Shown here one piece after another: positions 1-13,183 of a DNA stretch of 64,000 bases. The stretch comes from Podarcis muralis. Taxonomy: Eukaryota. The stretch is taken from NCBI RefSeq assembly GCF_964188315.1, contig NC_135667.1:25172001-25236000 (forward strand). Reading direction: 5' to 3'. The notes beneath the pieces are model-generated. The model saw only the letters and a program-made list of their open reading frames with translations, was not told where the DNA came from and did not search any database. Made by a program: the position numbers and the translations under genes. Every line of letters begins with the position of its first letter. The stretch's first letter is position 1.

Positions 1-639
1 ATTTCAAAGAGTGAGCAGAATTTGCACCTCATTTGGAATTGCAGCTCTTAGTTAAGTTGCCAAAGCTACAGAGAAAAATGGTGGAGTTATTTGGCCTTAC
101 TGCTCTCCAGCATCATGTGTTTCTGGAAACAGTGGCACAGTGACTTTAAAGCTCTGGAGAACACCTTGGGGATCTTTTCTACACAGCATCAGAAGAATTC
201 TCCAGGTGCCCACAGTGAAAATAAGACCCCATCTGTTGTGCATTAATGAAGAAGTCCTGCCCAAAGCATCTAACAAGGGAAAACCACAAAGCAAAATATC
301 AACCCAATTGCTATTTGTATATTATGAACAGAGATTAGCCAAGAACAGAGATGGGAATTTCAGGCCCAAGGATCACTTGTCTAGGCCTGCCAGGTTCTCA
401 GTATTCTGTCCAGGCTAAACCCTCTACCAAGCCACACCTCTCACCAACCTTAATTTTAATCCTTTTTAGCATTTGTATCCTGCTGGGATGTGTCCTTGAA
501 TGTGTCCTTAAAATTATGAACAGTCGGTTCGTTTTTGTTTTACTTCAGATAAATATTTTTAATAAATAAATAATCTATGGTAGCTGTTCAGAAGCATGTT
601 AGATGTAGAGTGATTTCTTTATTCCTGGAGTATAAGAGA

Positions 640-1665
640 AATCGGGTCCTCCCTTAAAGAGGGCATGTATTGCGGTGAGACCTGGAGAACCGACACCCTG
701 TGTTGTGGGTGGGTACGATTGGTCAGCCACAACACCCGATTGGTAGGTCTCTCGAAGCTGGGTGCAATCTGGCCAATGGGACACAAAGGGACCTATTTAT
801 GCCCATGGGAGCCAGTGTGGTATAGTGGTTAAGAGCGGTAGTCTCGTAATCTGGGGAACCGGGTTCGCTTCTCTGCTCCTCCTCATGCAGGTGCTGGGTG
901 ACCTTGGGCTAGTCACACTTCTTTGAAGTCTCTCAGCCCCACTCACCTCACAGAGTGTTTGTTGTGGGGGAGGAAGGGAAAGGAGAATGTTAGCTGCTTT
1001 GAGACTCCTTCGGGTAGTGATAAAGCGGGATATCAAATCCAAACTCTTCTTCTCCTTCTCCCATGCAAGTGACCCAGAGTTTCCTCTTTCGGCACGTGCA
1101 TTCAGAACACCTGCCCACCTCTCCCTATATTTTGGGCTTGCATGCTTGACCTTGCTATGCCCTCGTGTGTTGTCTGTCATTAGGACAGGGGCACGGCAGG
1201 AATTTTCCCCACTTGGCTGATTAGCTGTTGCCATTTGGGTTTCGCCTGCCGCATAGCAAATCGTTACAACTTGTAAGGTTGCGGATAGGCTCTGGTTCAG
1301 GTGATAGGGATGGGAGAATGCTCTTGCCATCCCTATGTGAAGATCATTAAAGGAATCCAGGGACTCAATAGTTTGGTCAACCCCTGAGAGGGGGTTGTGC
1401 CCGTGCCTGAGTCCAGGGGGGCATTTGGGTGGTGGAGTTAGCCCGTTCCTGGCTTTCCGCGTATCCAGGTGTTCACCCTTGGCTGACCTATGCTGGAACC
1501 CTGGGTCAGCGCTACCTGCATGGCAGGGAGCTAGTCGAACCAGAGCCTATGCAACCAGTCACTTTCTGTAATCAATAAAGATGTGGCCAAAATTCTGCCA
1601 AAAACCAAAACCAAATTTGAGTCAAGTGTGAATTTATTTAAGGGGGCAGTTTCTGGGTCTGAACA
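640..1665 (+). mobile_element. Solo LTR-like element, copy 1, interrupted by a Squam2 SINE
   Basis: CCAAT-like (ggccaatgg) and TATA-like (tatttat) boxes, AATAAA at ~1574, ends ...gaaCA; shares the core cttgaccttgctatgcc...gcaaatcgt.acaacttgtaaggttg with the 2357 and 58460 copies. The 5' boundary is approximate. Confidence 0.65.
807..1059 (+). mobile_element. Squam2/POM-type tRNA-derived SINE
   Basis: tRNA-like head gccagtgtggtatagtggttaagagc...gggttcg, (CTT)n tail, cccatg repeated at both ends (probable TSD). Confidence 0.9.
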
Positions 1666-2356
1666 CATAAATAAATAATCTGTGGTAGCTGTTCAGAAGC
1701 ATGTTAGAGTGCTTTCTTTATTCCTGGAGTATATAAGAGATATGTCATGAAATCATTCAACACACAAACACAAAGCATTATCAATTTATAAAGAGACTTG
1801 TGAAATAGCATAACCTGAATAGACAGAAGAGGGCAGCAAACAATAAATAAATAAGTTGTTTCATGTGACTCATTATATTTGGTCTGGTGGGGTTAGTTTC
1901 CTGGCTTTCTCTCTTTCATACTCTCCTATGATTTCCCCTCCAACACACACAAACGCCTCTGCAGTGGCGGGGGGGGGGGGGGCAGCTGACTTGCCTACAA
2001 ATATATAAAAGCACCATGCAGCATTTATTTGACTGAAATTAAATCAAATGCTTCTCACTCTTGGGATTCCTGCAATGAACCGCACACAGAAAAAGTATTT
2101 GGTAAGAACTCTTTCTCTATATCCAACACAGGCTGCCATTACTAAGACTGTGGGTCTTCTTGTGATTAATCCCTTCTTGGCTTTTCTTCCCTGGCCTGTT
2201 TTCATTTCCTGGAGGGATGTCTTACAGGCCTGAACCAATGAGGAAGGGGCTTCCAAATTAATCCTCATTTACCTTGCTATGAGTTGTGGGGGGGGGGAGC
2301 AAACTATAAGGAAAATGTGCTACTCAGTGGAAAATGTGCTCCACTCAGCTGGGTGA

Positions 2357-3178
2357 TGTGAAGACCAGAACTGACAAAGCGTGTTCTCCCTAGCAGAGAG
2401 CACGTGTTGCGGTTGGGAACAGGCCACCCTCCGGTGACTAGGCAAATTTAGTTGAATCCCGACCATTTAAATGGTTAAACTGGGTTGCTGGGGTGTTTTG
2501 ATTGTTGCCAATTCGGAGGAGGGGTCAGAGTCTATATATACAGGGGCCAGACTTTGGCACGGCCTCTTGGCCGTTTTGCATCGGATCACCCGCCCTCCCT
2601 CCCTTGTTTAAGGGGGGTATTGAAGGTTTGCTTGACCTTGCTATGCCTGTCATGGGGTCGTTCGCCTTGGTGCGAGGGCCTGGTAGGAATTTTGCCATCT
2701 GGCTGATTGGCTGGTGCCATTTGGTTTTTGCCTACTGCGTAGCAAATCGTCACAACTTGTAAGGTTGGCGGTTAGGCATTGGTTAAATTGGTGCTTGGAG
2801 GGGTAAGTGCCTACCCCTCCAAATGATGCGAATGGGAATTCCGTTAAAGGAAATCCAGGGGCTTGCCATTCTTTCGTCCTTGTCCCCGGAGTCGGACTTG
2901 GGCCGTGCAAGCCCCACAGGAACATGAGGGTGAGAAGTAATGGTCTGGTTCCCGGCTTTATTTCTCACCCAATACTTGTTTCCCACGCTGGCTTCCACTG
3001 GTGTCCGGAAGGCCAGCTCTGTCCCTGAGGGCAAGGACAGATAGTCATAACCAATGCCTAAGCAACCACTCACATTTTTTGTATTTGAATAAAGTTGTGG
3101 CCAAAAATTATGCCAAAAACCTTAAACAAAAATTGATGTGTGAAGTGTGAATTATTGGGGGGCTACTGTGACTCAACA
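2357..3178 (+). mobile_element. Solo LTR-like element, copy 2
   Basis: TATA-like tatatata at ~2534, aataaagttgtggcc near the 3' end, ends caaCA; homologous to copies 1 and 3. The start is approximate and no TSD was resolved. Confidence 0.65.
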
Positions 3179-4127
3179 CGCAAAAGTTTTCATTTAAGTG
3201 TTATCTCTGCTGCAGGATTAAGAGTGTATTTTATTAATAAACTCATACCTCTTAAATTAACAGTGCTCACTCATTCATTGCTGTCCCTGAAAGCATTGTC
3301 CACAATCAAGGTAGCAATCTCAAATAGAGTTGGGAGATGCTCAACTCAATGGAACTTAACCTCCATATAGACATGTATAAGTTTATGGTATAAATCAACT
3401 CCTTTGCACTTCCAGACACAGCTGAGACCACCTGTTCATATAATATTGTAAAAGATATGTGTGAGGAATGAGAACACAGTTTATTACACTCACTTCAAAT
3501 ATGAATGGTGAGACATTTTAGGGAAGAGTTATTATGGAAGTTTGGATTTCTTATGAAAGTGGTCATTGGGCATTTATTGGAATTTTGTAATATTTGAGTT
3601 AAGCACAAGTAGATGTAAGGCTGAACCACCCCAGCCGACAGCCAAATCCACTGCTCCCATATAAGCTCTCAAGAAAGACAGACAGTATTCTAATATGTTG
3701 TTAGCTTTTTAGACTCCACAGCTTCCAGATTCTGTCTGACACTAACTGCTATCTCCTCACTTTTTCACACAAAGATCTAGCTTGATTATATCAATTGGCA
3801 AGCAATTTAGTTCCTATGGCAACATCTGATCTCTAATTAATAAAAGAGATCATTCACAGGCCAAGTCATAAGGCAACCTCTTGTCTAAAATTGGGATCAA
3901 GAGATGGAAAGGATCCTGGAGACCATCTAGTCCAATTCTGCCCCACAAAGTTATATTAGCATATATGCAAATAGAGAAAAATGAAACAAAAAGTTGAAGC
4001 TATTTTGCAATGTCAAAGTATTAATGATTTGCTAATTCAATTTCCTGTTTTATCACTAATAATGTATTTTGGTTTTCCACCCTAATAATGTATCAGCAGA
4101 TAAAAATCTATCTATGAAGCTCATCCA

Positions 4128-5066
4128 ATGGGTCATGTCTGTAATGAATCCGCTCCATCTGAATTCATCTTCCTGGCATTTTCGAAGCTTAATGAATGGC
4201 GTTTTCTCTTCACTGGATTTCTGCTCATCACTTATCTCTTCACACTGATGGGGAATGTTCTGATCATAATTCTTGTCTGCTTACAACCAAATCTTCAAAC
4301 TCCCATGTACTTCTTTCTGAGCAATCTATCCCTCCTGGACATCTGCCAGACTACAACCACTATTCCACAGATAATAGTGCATCTGATCTCAGGGACAAAT
4401 GCCATCTCACATGAAAGATGTAAGATGCAACTCTTTTTCTTCATCTTATTCATTGGTACTGAGCCACTCCTGTTGGCTGCCATGGCTTATGATCGTTACG
4501 TTGCCATCTGCAATCCTCTCCGCTATAATGTGGTCATGAATTACAAACTCTGTGCCCAACTAGTGTCAGCTTCTTGGTTCACAAGTTCACTCAATGCCAC
4601 CATCCACACCCTTCTCACATTGCGCCTGCCCCTTTGTGGTATCAATAAGATCAACTACTTCTTCTGTGACATCCCTCCCCTCCTAGCTATTTCCTGTGGT
4701 GATATCTCTGGTAATATTATTGCCATGCTGGCTGCTAGCCCTATAATGGGCATCGGACCAGGCATGTGTGTCCTCCTTTCCTATATTCACATCATCTTGA
4801 GGGTTCTGAAAATGCATTCTTCCTCTGGGATGAGGAAAGCCTTTTCAACTTGTGCTTCTCATCTCACAGTTGTCCTGCTATTTTATGGCAGCTCTATGTT
4901 TCAATATGTCAGGCCCTTCTCCAGCTACTCACTTAGCAAAGATAGCAAGATTGCCCTTTTTAACAACATACTCTCCCCTTTGTTGAACCCACTGATCTAC
5001 ACCCTCAGAAACAATGATGTGAAGGGGGCACTGCAAAGGAGAATGATGAAGAAAATTATTTCCTAA
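4128..5066 (+). CDS. Olfactory receptor OR1 (class II-type 7TM GPCR), 312 aa, intact
   Basis: Single-exon ORF with OR motifs: N-glycosylation [63 protein letters not shown]. Confidence 0.97.
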   Translation: MGHVCNESAPSEFIFLAFSKLNEWRFLFTGFLLITYLFTLMGNVLIIILVCLQPNLQTPMYFFLSNLSLLDICQTTTTIPQIIVHLISGTNAISHERCKMQLFFFILFIGTEPLLLAAMAYDRYVAICNPLRYNVVMNYKLCAQLVSASWFTSSLNATIHTLLTLRLPLCGINKINYFFCDIPPLLAISCGDISGNIIAMLAASPIMGIGPGMCVLLSYIHIILRVLKMHSSSGMRKAFSTCASHLTVVLLFYGSSMFQYVRPFSSYSLSKDSKIALFNNILSPLLNPLIYTLRNNDVKGALQRRMMKKIIS

Positions 5067-6099
5067 AAGAGGTGGAATACACAGATAGCACGAAATCCTT
5101 AGCTTTACTTTTGAATTGTGCAGGGTAGTGGAAGTTAGAGTTCGGAGCAGTGTAACTAGGACCCAGAATGTCATTTTTTTCTGTTGGAATCAAAAGGTCT
5201 CAGGGGTGTGTTCCAAACAGTGCTGTAAAAATAAAGAAATCTGTCATTGTTTCTGAGGGGGGCACAATCCCAAAGGATATGCATTTCTATTTCATGTTCA
5301 ATGCACTTGAGAAGGTTTTTAGACTGTCAATAGGAGCAGGGTTCTGAGATTACTTCATTGTTGCTAAGATGCCCAAGGTCTTGTAAATGCTTCTGCCTCA
5401 TTTTTCAACCTCCCTTCCTGCCTATGATTCCTGATCAGAAAAAAAGACCCTTGGGAGACCTCATGATGTGTACTCCTGAGCTTGGATGGAAATTCAGGCA
5501 CTCAGGAAGGATGAAGGCGAGGCTTTTCAGGTGGTGGAACTCACTGGAACTCAGTTCCTGCAGCTCTCAGGTGGACACCTTTGCCATTGTAAGAGAACAA
5601 GGGAGGTGTTCATTGTGAGCTTCTCGAACTTTCTCCCCTATAAAAATAGCACTGGATGAAGGGTTCAGACCACTGGTAAGATGATCTGTAGAACAAAATA
5701 AAAGGAGACTTGAAATTCATAAGCACTGTTCAGCCACTCCTTTTTGATAATTTTCAGTCACAATTTTCTCTATAATTGATGGAGGGTTTTTTAAAGGGGA
5801 AATTTATTTATTGCTTATACCACACTAATTTGTGAAGGTAACAATGTAAAGTTTATGTTTTTCAGGCTTATGGTACTGTTAATATAAGCTTTATCACTGG
5901 AGTCTATTTGGACTGATCTTTAGGGACTTTTATTATCAGGGACTTCACATTATTTTCTAAAAGAAAGTACTTATAAAAGTGTCTACTTTAGACAACTGCC
6001 CTCTCTGTTGTCTTTCTCTTTCAACAAGCTGTTTAAGTTGAGATCTGTATTGCATTTTTTAAATCACTTTTTACAATTGTAACTGATAAAACCAATAAA

Positions 6100-6490
6100 A
6101 ATATATACTGCCTCTCACCGTGAAACTCATAAATCAAAGGGATTCCCCAGTGCCTGCCTCAGTGTTGTGCTGCATTTTATTTCATTCAACGTTTTCATAT
6201 GCCTTGGATTTTAAAACTATGAGCTTTCCCCTGGAGAAACTCTATCTTGGCCTCCTTCTTCTCTTGTCTCCACTTCTGCCTCTGCTACAGCCTCTTCCTG
6301 TTCACTAAATCTTGTTACCTTTTCATCTTCGGATACCTCCTCTTCCCAGTCTTCTCCCTCTTCCCCCTCTGAACACACATCATTACCCCACTGCCACTCC
6401 CTAAGCTCTGAGCCTTCTTTCTTTGGTGGTTCTCCAGCTGGTTCCTCCCACCATTCCTCTATGTCCGACCTGCAGTCCAGGACCTCAGCA
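6100..6490 (-). mobile_element. Degenerate LTR of the acidic EEWWE family
   Basis: The minus strand reads DIEEWWEEP...EWQW...SEGEEGEDWEEE, like the LTRs at 27960 and 45298; AATAAA on the minus strand at ~6175. The left boundary is unresolved. Confidence 0.5.
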
Positions 6491-7344
6491 AGGTAAGTAG
6501 AGCAGTTAATGTGCATAACCACCCACGACTGTCCAACAGTCATTGTGGAGACTATGCACATAATTCTTCGTGGAAGAGGATATTCTTCACATTCCCTAGT
6601 CAGTACACACAGTCTCCAACAGAACTTGAGAAATAGGCATACATTGACTGGAGTTTGTACATTCTCTGGCCATTGTGCACAATCCTCCAACAGATCTTAC
6701 GAAACTTACTTTCCCCATAACATATAAACTCTTCAAAGTTTCTAAGTGTCCTCACAGTATTTTTTAACAACTTTGTTTTCCATGAAAAATGACCAAATAA
6801 TGTGACTCATTAAATTTATACCAGTGGGACTAATTTCCAGGGGGGTTTCCATGCTCCCTTTGGCTCTCCACCTCCAGGCAACCACACACATGCCACCACA
6901 CGGGGGAGGCCCAACTAGCATGTTCACAAATATATACAAAAGCACTATGAAGCCTTTAATGCATTGAAAAAATATAGGATAATTTGCACACTTTGGCTTT
7001 CTGCAATGAACTTCAACACAGAGAAGGTATTCAGAAAGAACACCCCCTCCCCATTTGGGTGGCCAAGGTTTAAATTACGTTTAAAGGATTCTAGTTGATA
7101 AGACTTGCAGGTATCTCAGTCTTCTGTAAATTCCACTGAATGCAAATCCGATATTTAATGCTAAGCTGATACTGAATGTGTTTCAAACTGTCTTTTTTAA
7201 GGACAATTTGAATGTAAGAAGAGCCATGTCAAATCAGACTACAACATCATTGCAGTTCAGTATACATTTATCACAGTGACAAGCCAGATACTTAAGGGCA
7301 ACCCTCAAGGAGAAGATTTTAAATGTTTGATGTTTCAATGTGTT

Positions 7345-7425
7345 TTTGATATTTTGGTGGGAGCTGCTCAGAATGGCTGGGGCAACCCAGTCAGATGGGC
7401 GGCATATTATTGTTGTTGTTATTAT
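7345..7425 (+). mobile_element. L2 3' tail remnant (homologues at ~11955 and ~16648)
   Basis: gggagctgctcagaatggctggggcaacccagtcagatgggcgg followed by an ATT-like tail; found at the same place upstream of OR2, OR3 and OR4. Confidence 0.7.
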
Positions 7426-8748
7426 TTAAAAGCGGGTTCTCTGTAGTCCATTTGTGAAAAGGGTAAAACCTTCCCACCACTCCCATGGTCCTGATCTGGA
7501 TTGGGGCCCTGCAAACAACTTTTCCTGAAAAAGAAATAAAGTAGTTGGTGCTTTGCTTCCGGAAGCAAGATTCAAGGTGTTGTGTTGCAACTTTCCTTAC
7601 TACGTGTCCAGATGAAAAAGGGTGTGGTAAGGAGATGCTATCTGTTCTGTTGGGTGCCACAGTGACCTGAACTGACATGTTGGCATTTGCATTTTTGTGC
7701 TGCTGTGGAACTTAGATTGTAGTTCAGATGACAGCCTTAGTCATCTTCAGCTAAGATAACTCAGCCATTCTTCAACATGTTTCTCCATTGATACTGCAAT
7801 TGTAAATGCACTTTGTTGTGAATTTTCACCATTGGACATAATTTAACTTATTTCCAAATAGATGTGCATACTAAACAAAAGTAAACAATTTATTGTATAA
7901 AAAATTGTATTTAGTAGAGTAAGATGTGCATAACATGCATGTATTCCTGGAAATAACATTCACAAATACATTATATTAGAAGAAATGGGTTAATAAACTG
8001 TATATTATGAGAAATAGGCAGTAAAATGCTGCTGAATTTTCAAAAGGGGTTTTCTTTTAATAAGATGCCAGTTAGATGTGGAAGTGTGGAGAAGTATGGT
8101 GGGAGGTGAACTGAAATTGAAAGATTTGCCCATCCTTAGGTGAACACGCAGGCTACTCATGTAGAGATTGATATTCTGTTGGACTCAGACCACATATTTT
8201 TTTTCTTCTCAAAGAGATCTAGCCAGATTCTATAATATTTATCTGCAGTGGTTTTAATATGTATACATCTCTTAAGAGTCTGTTCCATCCATGCAGCAAT
8301 TGACAAGTTATCTAGTTCCCATGGCAACATAACAGTTTTAATTTACTTAAAAGGAGATCTTCCTAGGCCAGTTCAGAAATGATAAAGTAAATTCTTGGAT
8401 CAAAAGAAGGAAAGGAATCTGTAGGCTACCCAGTAAAAAAACTCCTCTGCCCTGTCAAAGCTTACATTAATATATTCTGAAAAAAGTAAGAATTAGTCAA
8501 AGCTCCTTAGCAATCCTAAGAATTTGTGATCAAATGTTGCGAAAGAAATTGCAGGAAATCAACTTAATCTTCTCACAGGTTGCAACATTAATATATAGAT
8601 AGCTAAAAATGAAACAAGTTGAAGCTACATAGAAAGAGTAAAAGTCTAACACTTCTTCCATTGTTCATTAAATTTTCTGCATCACCACGACAAATAACAT
8701 ATTTTTGCTTCTGTCCACAGAAAAAAATCAATCTATTAATGTAATAAA

Positions 8749-9681
8749 ATGGATGTCAGTAATGAAACCACACCTTTCGAATTCATCCTTCTTGCATTTT
8801 CAAACAGTAATGAATGGAATTTCCTCCTTTCTGGATTTCTGCTCATCACTTATCTCTTCACATTCATGGGGAATATTCTCATCATCACATTTGTCTCCAT
8901 AGAACCAAGCCTTCAAACTCCCATGTACTTCTTTCTGAGCAACCTATCCTTCCTAGATGTCTGCCAGACTACCACCACTATTCCACAGATAATAGTTCAT
9001 CTGATCTCAGGGACAAATGCCATATTGTATGAAAGATGCATTATGCAACTATTTTTCCTTGTTTTATTCATTGGTGCTGAGGCACTCCTGTTGGCTGCCA
9101 TGGCTTATGATCGTTATGTTGCCATCTGCAATCCTCTGCACTACAATGTAGTTATGAATTACAAATTTTGTGCCCAGCTGGTGTCAGCTTCTTGGCTCAC
9201 AAGTTCACTCAATGCCACCATCCACACCCTTCTCACATTGCGCCTGCCCCTTTGTGGTATCAATAAGATCAACTACTTCTTTTGTGATATCTCTCCTCTC
9301 CTAGCTATCTCCTGTGGAGATATCTCTGGTAATATTATTGCCATGCTGGCTGCTAGCCCTGTAATGGGCATCGGACCAGGCATGTGTGTCCTCCTTTCCT
9401 ATATTCACATCATCTTGAGGGTTCTGAAAATGCATTCTTCAGATGGGATGAGGAAAGCCTTTTCAACTTGTGCTTCTCATCTCACAGTTGTCTTGCTTTT
9501 CTATGTCAGTTCTATTTTTCAATATATCAGGCCCTTCTCCAGCTACTCACTCAGCAAGGATAGCAAGATTGCCCTTTTTAACAACATACTCTCCCCTTTG
9601 TTGAACCCACTGATCTACACCCTCAGAAACAAAGATGTGAAGGAGGCACTGCAAAAGAGAATGATGAAGAAAATACCATGA
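8749..9681 (+). CDS. Olfactory receptor OR2, 310 aa, intact
   Basis: [58 protein letters not shown]; splice acceptor ttctgtccacAG about 30 nt upstream of the ATG. Confidence 0.97.
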   Translation: MDVSNETTPFEFILLAFSNSNEWNFLLSGFLLITYLFTFMGNILIITFVSIEPSLQTPMYFFLSNLSFLDVCQTTTTIPQIIVHLISGTNAILYERCIMQLFFLVLFIGAEALLLAAMAYDRYVAICNPLHYNVVMNYKFCAQLVSASWLTSSLNATIHTLLTLRLPLCGINKINYFFCDISPLLAISCGDISGNIIAMLAASPVMGIGPGMCVLLSYIHIILRVLKMHSSDGMRKAFSTCASHLTVVLLFYVSSIFQYIRPFSSYSLSKDSKIALFNNILSPLLNPLIYTLRNKDVKEALQKRMMKKIP

Positions 9682-10614
9682 AATTCTTGGCTTTACTTTT
9701 TAATTGTGCCGGGGAGTAGAAGTTGGGGTTTGGAGCAGCATAACTAGGGCCCAGAATCTCATTTTATTGTGATGGTACAAAAAGGTATCAGGGTTGTATA
9801 CCAAACAGTGCTGTAAAAAATAATATTAAAATAAATAAAAATCCTGCCATCAAGTTTTTTGGCTGGACACCACCAAAGGTTACATATTTCTGCTTCATAT
9901 TTGGTACACTTGAAGATTTGTTTAGAATGTCAGTTGGTGCAGGTTTCTGGGGTTACTTGATTGTTGCTAAGATGCCCAATATTTTCTTTCCAGTCAACGC
10001 TCCTTTAGGATTTCTCAGCCTCCCTTTCTCCCTTTGATTCCTGATTGGAAAAAGACTCTTGAGAGTTTACCTTATGATTTGTACTTCTGAGCTTGGATGG
10101 AAATGCAGGCACTTAGGAAGGATGAAGGATTGAGACTACTGCAGCTAATCGGAGTTGTCATAGAAGTGGGGCAGTTGAAATGGCACTTTGTTAAGGTTGG
10201 AAACGCCCAGGAGTTGCCTAGCATTGAATTCTGTCATGGTGCAAGCTAAGTATGCAGGGTCTAACTGGGTGACCTAGTTGAGAGATTCCAACAATGTATA
10301 GGGTATGTCGTAGCTGTTCATTTGCCCTATTGTATGGGTATAAGGGTGAGGCCCTCTTTATAGCGCTGACCATTCCCAGTGCCTTTTTACTCAGGATTTC
10401 AATAAGGTTGTGCAGAACGTTTAACATACGTAAACCTTATTTCATCAAGAGAACGGTGGGGCCGAGGGATGACTGGTCCTGTCATCCAGTGACCCATGTA
10501 GCTCTGTAAGAATCTTAACCTGGGAATCTCACAGGGCAAAATGGCCCCAAACTCTTCAAAGTTTCTAAGTGTCCTCACAGTACCTTTATCAACTTTGTTT
10601 TCAGTGAAAAATGT

Positions 10615-10920
10615 CCAAATAATGTGAATCATTAAACTAATACCAGTGGGAATAGTTTCTTATTTTGTTTTTTCTACACTCCCCTTGGTTCTCCACCACC
10701 AGACACTTATACACATGCCGCCACACTGGGGAGGCCCAACTAGCATGCTTGTAAATATATAAAAGCACACACTGAAAGATAATAGGAGTTTGCAATCTTT
10801 GACTTACTACCATGAACTGCAACACAGAGAAAATATTCATTAAGAACGTCACCTCCCCATTTGGGTATCCATGATTTAGACACAGTTTAAAGGATTATAA
10901 TTGGTAAGTCTTGCAGGTAA
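10615..10920 (+). promoter_or_regulatory. Candidate OR promoter and 5' non-coding exon, conserved upstream of OR1-OR4
   Basis: TGTGA(C/A)TCATTA (TAATGA homeodomain site, reverse complement) about 130 bp before a TATA-like box at 2002, 6931 (variant tatatacaaaag), 10756 and 15385; downstream conserved cag|GTaact donor at 10917 (also ~15549 and ~7091). Confidence 0.55.
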
Positions 10921-11523
10921 CTCAGTCTTATATAAATGCCTCTCAATGCAAATTTGATGTTTAATGCCAAGGTGATACTAAACATATTTCAGTCCGTCTT
11001 TTCTAAAAATAAATTGAAGCTAAGAAGAGCCATGTCAAATCAGAGTACAGCACCATTGTAGTCTAGTATCCAGATCTCACAGTGACCAGCCAGATACCTA
11101 AGGGCACCCCCCCAAGCAGAAGCTGAGTGCCACAGCATTCTCCCAACTTGTGACCCCCATCTACTGGCATTCAACGGCACACATTGCCTCAGACAGCAGA
11201 GGCAGAAAGATAGTCATTATAGTCATGGATAGCTTTAACCTTCATGAATTGTTCAATTGTACAGAACTGGCATGGATATATCCCCCCACTCAGATTTACT
11301 GTTCATAAAAAATGAGAGCTGGTGCATTTTGGCTCTTTATTTCTCTGTGCTGTCACTGTAGTCATTGGGGGAAGCATTCGTGGTGGTGTCTTAATCTCCT
11401 ATTTGTTTGCAGGAAGGCATTTAGTTTTGGAGCACCTGCTTTGTGGGATGCCATGGCAATCAGTAACAAGCAATGTTCAGAGATTGTTTAAAATATTCAT
11501 GTTTGCTTCATCATTCACTGAAG

Positions 11524-11661
11524 NNNNNNNNNNNNNNNNNNNNNNNNNNNNNNNNNNNNNNNNNNNNNNNNNNNNNNNNNNNNNNNNNNNNNNNNNNNNN
11601 NNNNNNNNNNNNNNNNNNNNNNNNNNNNNNNNNNNNNNNNNNNNNNNNNNNNNNNNNNNNN
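11524..11661. other. Assembly gap (N)
   Basis: Run of Ns. Confidence 1.
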
Positions 11662-12247
11662 CATAACAACCGCCCCTCCCTTTACTGTGTTTTATAGTAC
11701 ATTGTACACTGCTGTGATATAGTGGTCTATAAATCTGATAGTATCTCCAAGCTTGCTGAGCATTTAAAAAGGAAAGAAAAAACAAGTCTGATATGATCAG
11801 AACTAAGCTTGCACCATCAAGCCTGTTCAGTAGTGTTGCCTGTCCTAGAGAACACCTTCCCATCAGAAGTCAAGAAAATAAACAACTATGTGACTTTTAG
11901 AAGACACATACAGAATTTTTCAATGTCTGATTTTTTATTGTGCTTTTGATATTTTGCTGGCAGCTGCCCAGAGTGTCTGCAGCAACCCAGTCACATGGGT
12001 GACATGTTAATCATCATTATCTCTATCTAAGAGAGTGATATCTTATAGAGGATTTAATGTTGTGCCCAATTTGGAAATACTCAGAGAGGAGCCTTAAGTT
12101 ATGTATGACTTATGTAAATACATTGGAACAAGCATGAGTTTTAAATGTTTCTTCCTTTGTTCATTGAATTACCCCAGCTCCCCAAAAACCTAATAAATTA
12201 TTTTTTTCTCTGTCTATAGATAAAAATCATTTTACAAAGCTAATAAA

Positions 12248-13183
12248 ATGGATGTCAGTAATGAAACTGCTCCATCTGAATTCATCCTTCTGACATTTTC
12301 AAACAGTTATGAATGGTGTTTCCTCCTTTCTGGATTTCTCCTCATCACATATCTCTTCACACTGATGGGGAATATTCTCATCATCACTCTTGTCTCCATA
12401 GAACCAAGCCTTCAAACTCCCATGTACTTCTTCCTCTGTAACCTATCCCTCCTGGACATCTGCCAGACTACAACCACTATTCCACAGATAATTGTGCACC
12501 TGATTTCAGGAAGAAATGCCATCTCATATGAAAGATGCAAGGTTCAACTCTCTTTCTTCATCTTATTCATTGGTACTGAGACCCTTCTGTTGGCTGCCAT
12601 GGCTTATGATCGTTACGTTGCCATCTGCAATCCTCTCCGCTATAATGTGGTCATGAATTACAGACTCTGTGCTCAACTGGTGTCAGCTTCTTGGTTCACA
12701 AGTTCACTCAACACCACCATTCACACCCTTATCACATTCCGCCTGCCCTTTTGTGGTATGAATAAGATCAACTACTTCTACTGTGACATCCCTCCTCTTG
12801 TAGCTATCTCCTGTGGGGACATCTCTAGCAGTACTATTGCCCTGCTGGCTACTAGTCCCATAGTGGGGTTTGGACCAGGTATGTGTGTCCTCCTTTCCTA
12901 TAGTCACATCATCTTTAGAGTTCTGAAAATGCATTCTTCAGATGGGATGAGGAAAGCCTTTTCAACTTGTGCTTCTCATCTCACTGTTGTGCTGCTCTTC
13001 TATGGTGGCTCTATCTTTCAATATATCAGACCCTTCTCCAGCTACTCATTGAACAAGGATAGAATGATTGCCCTCTTTAATAACATTCTTTCCCCTTTGT
13101 TGAACCCACTGATTTACACCCTCAGGAACAAAGATGTGAAGGGGGCATTACAGAAGAGAATGATGAAGAAAATGTTGTCCTGA
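12248..13183 (+). CDS. Olfactory receptor OR3, 311 aa, intact
   Basis: Full OR motif set; close paralogue of OR4; acceptor ctctgtctatAG upstream. Confidence 0.97.
   Translation: MDVSNETAPSEFILLTFSNSYEWCFLLSGFLLITYLFTLMGNILIITLVSIEPSLQTPMYFFLCNLSLLDICQTTTTIPQIIVHLISGRNAISYERCKVQLSFFILFIGTETLLLAAMAYDRYVAICNPLRYNVVMNYRLCAQLVSASWFTSSLNTTIHTLITFRLPFCGMNKINYFYCDIPPLVAISCGDISSSTIALLATSPIVGFGPGMCVLLSYSHIIFRVLKMHSSDGMRKAFSTCASHLTVVLLFYGGSIFQYIRPFSSYSLNKDRMIALFNNILSPLLNPLIYTLRNKDVKGALQKRMMKKMLS

Noticed and set aside
807-880. tRNA-like sequence (also at 29192, 53399, 23630-23700 and 41500)
   Set aside because: These are SINE heads continuing into SINE bodies and tails, with no complete cloverleaf or acceptor stem, so they are not tRNA genes.
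4295-4483. Short antisense and alternative-frame ORFs overlapping OR genes
   Set aside because: Shadow ORFs recurring only because the OR paralogues are similar; lengths vary and no motifs were recognised.
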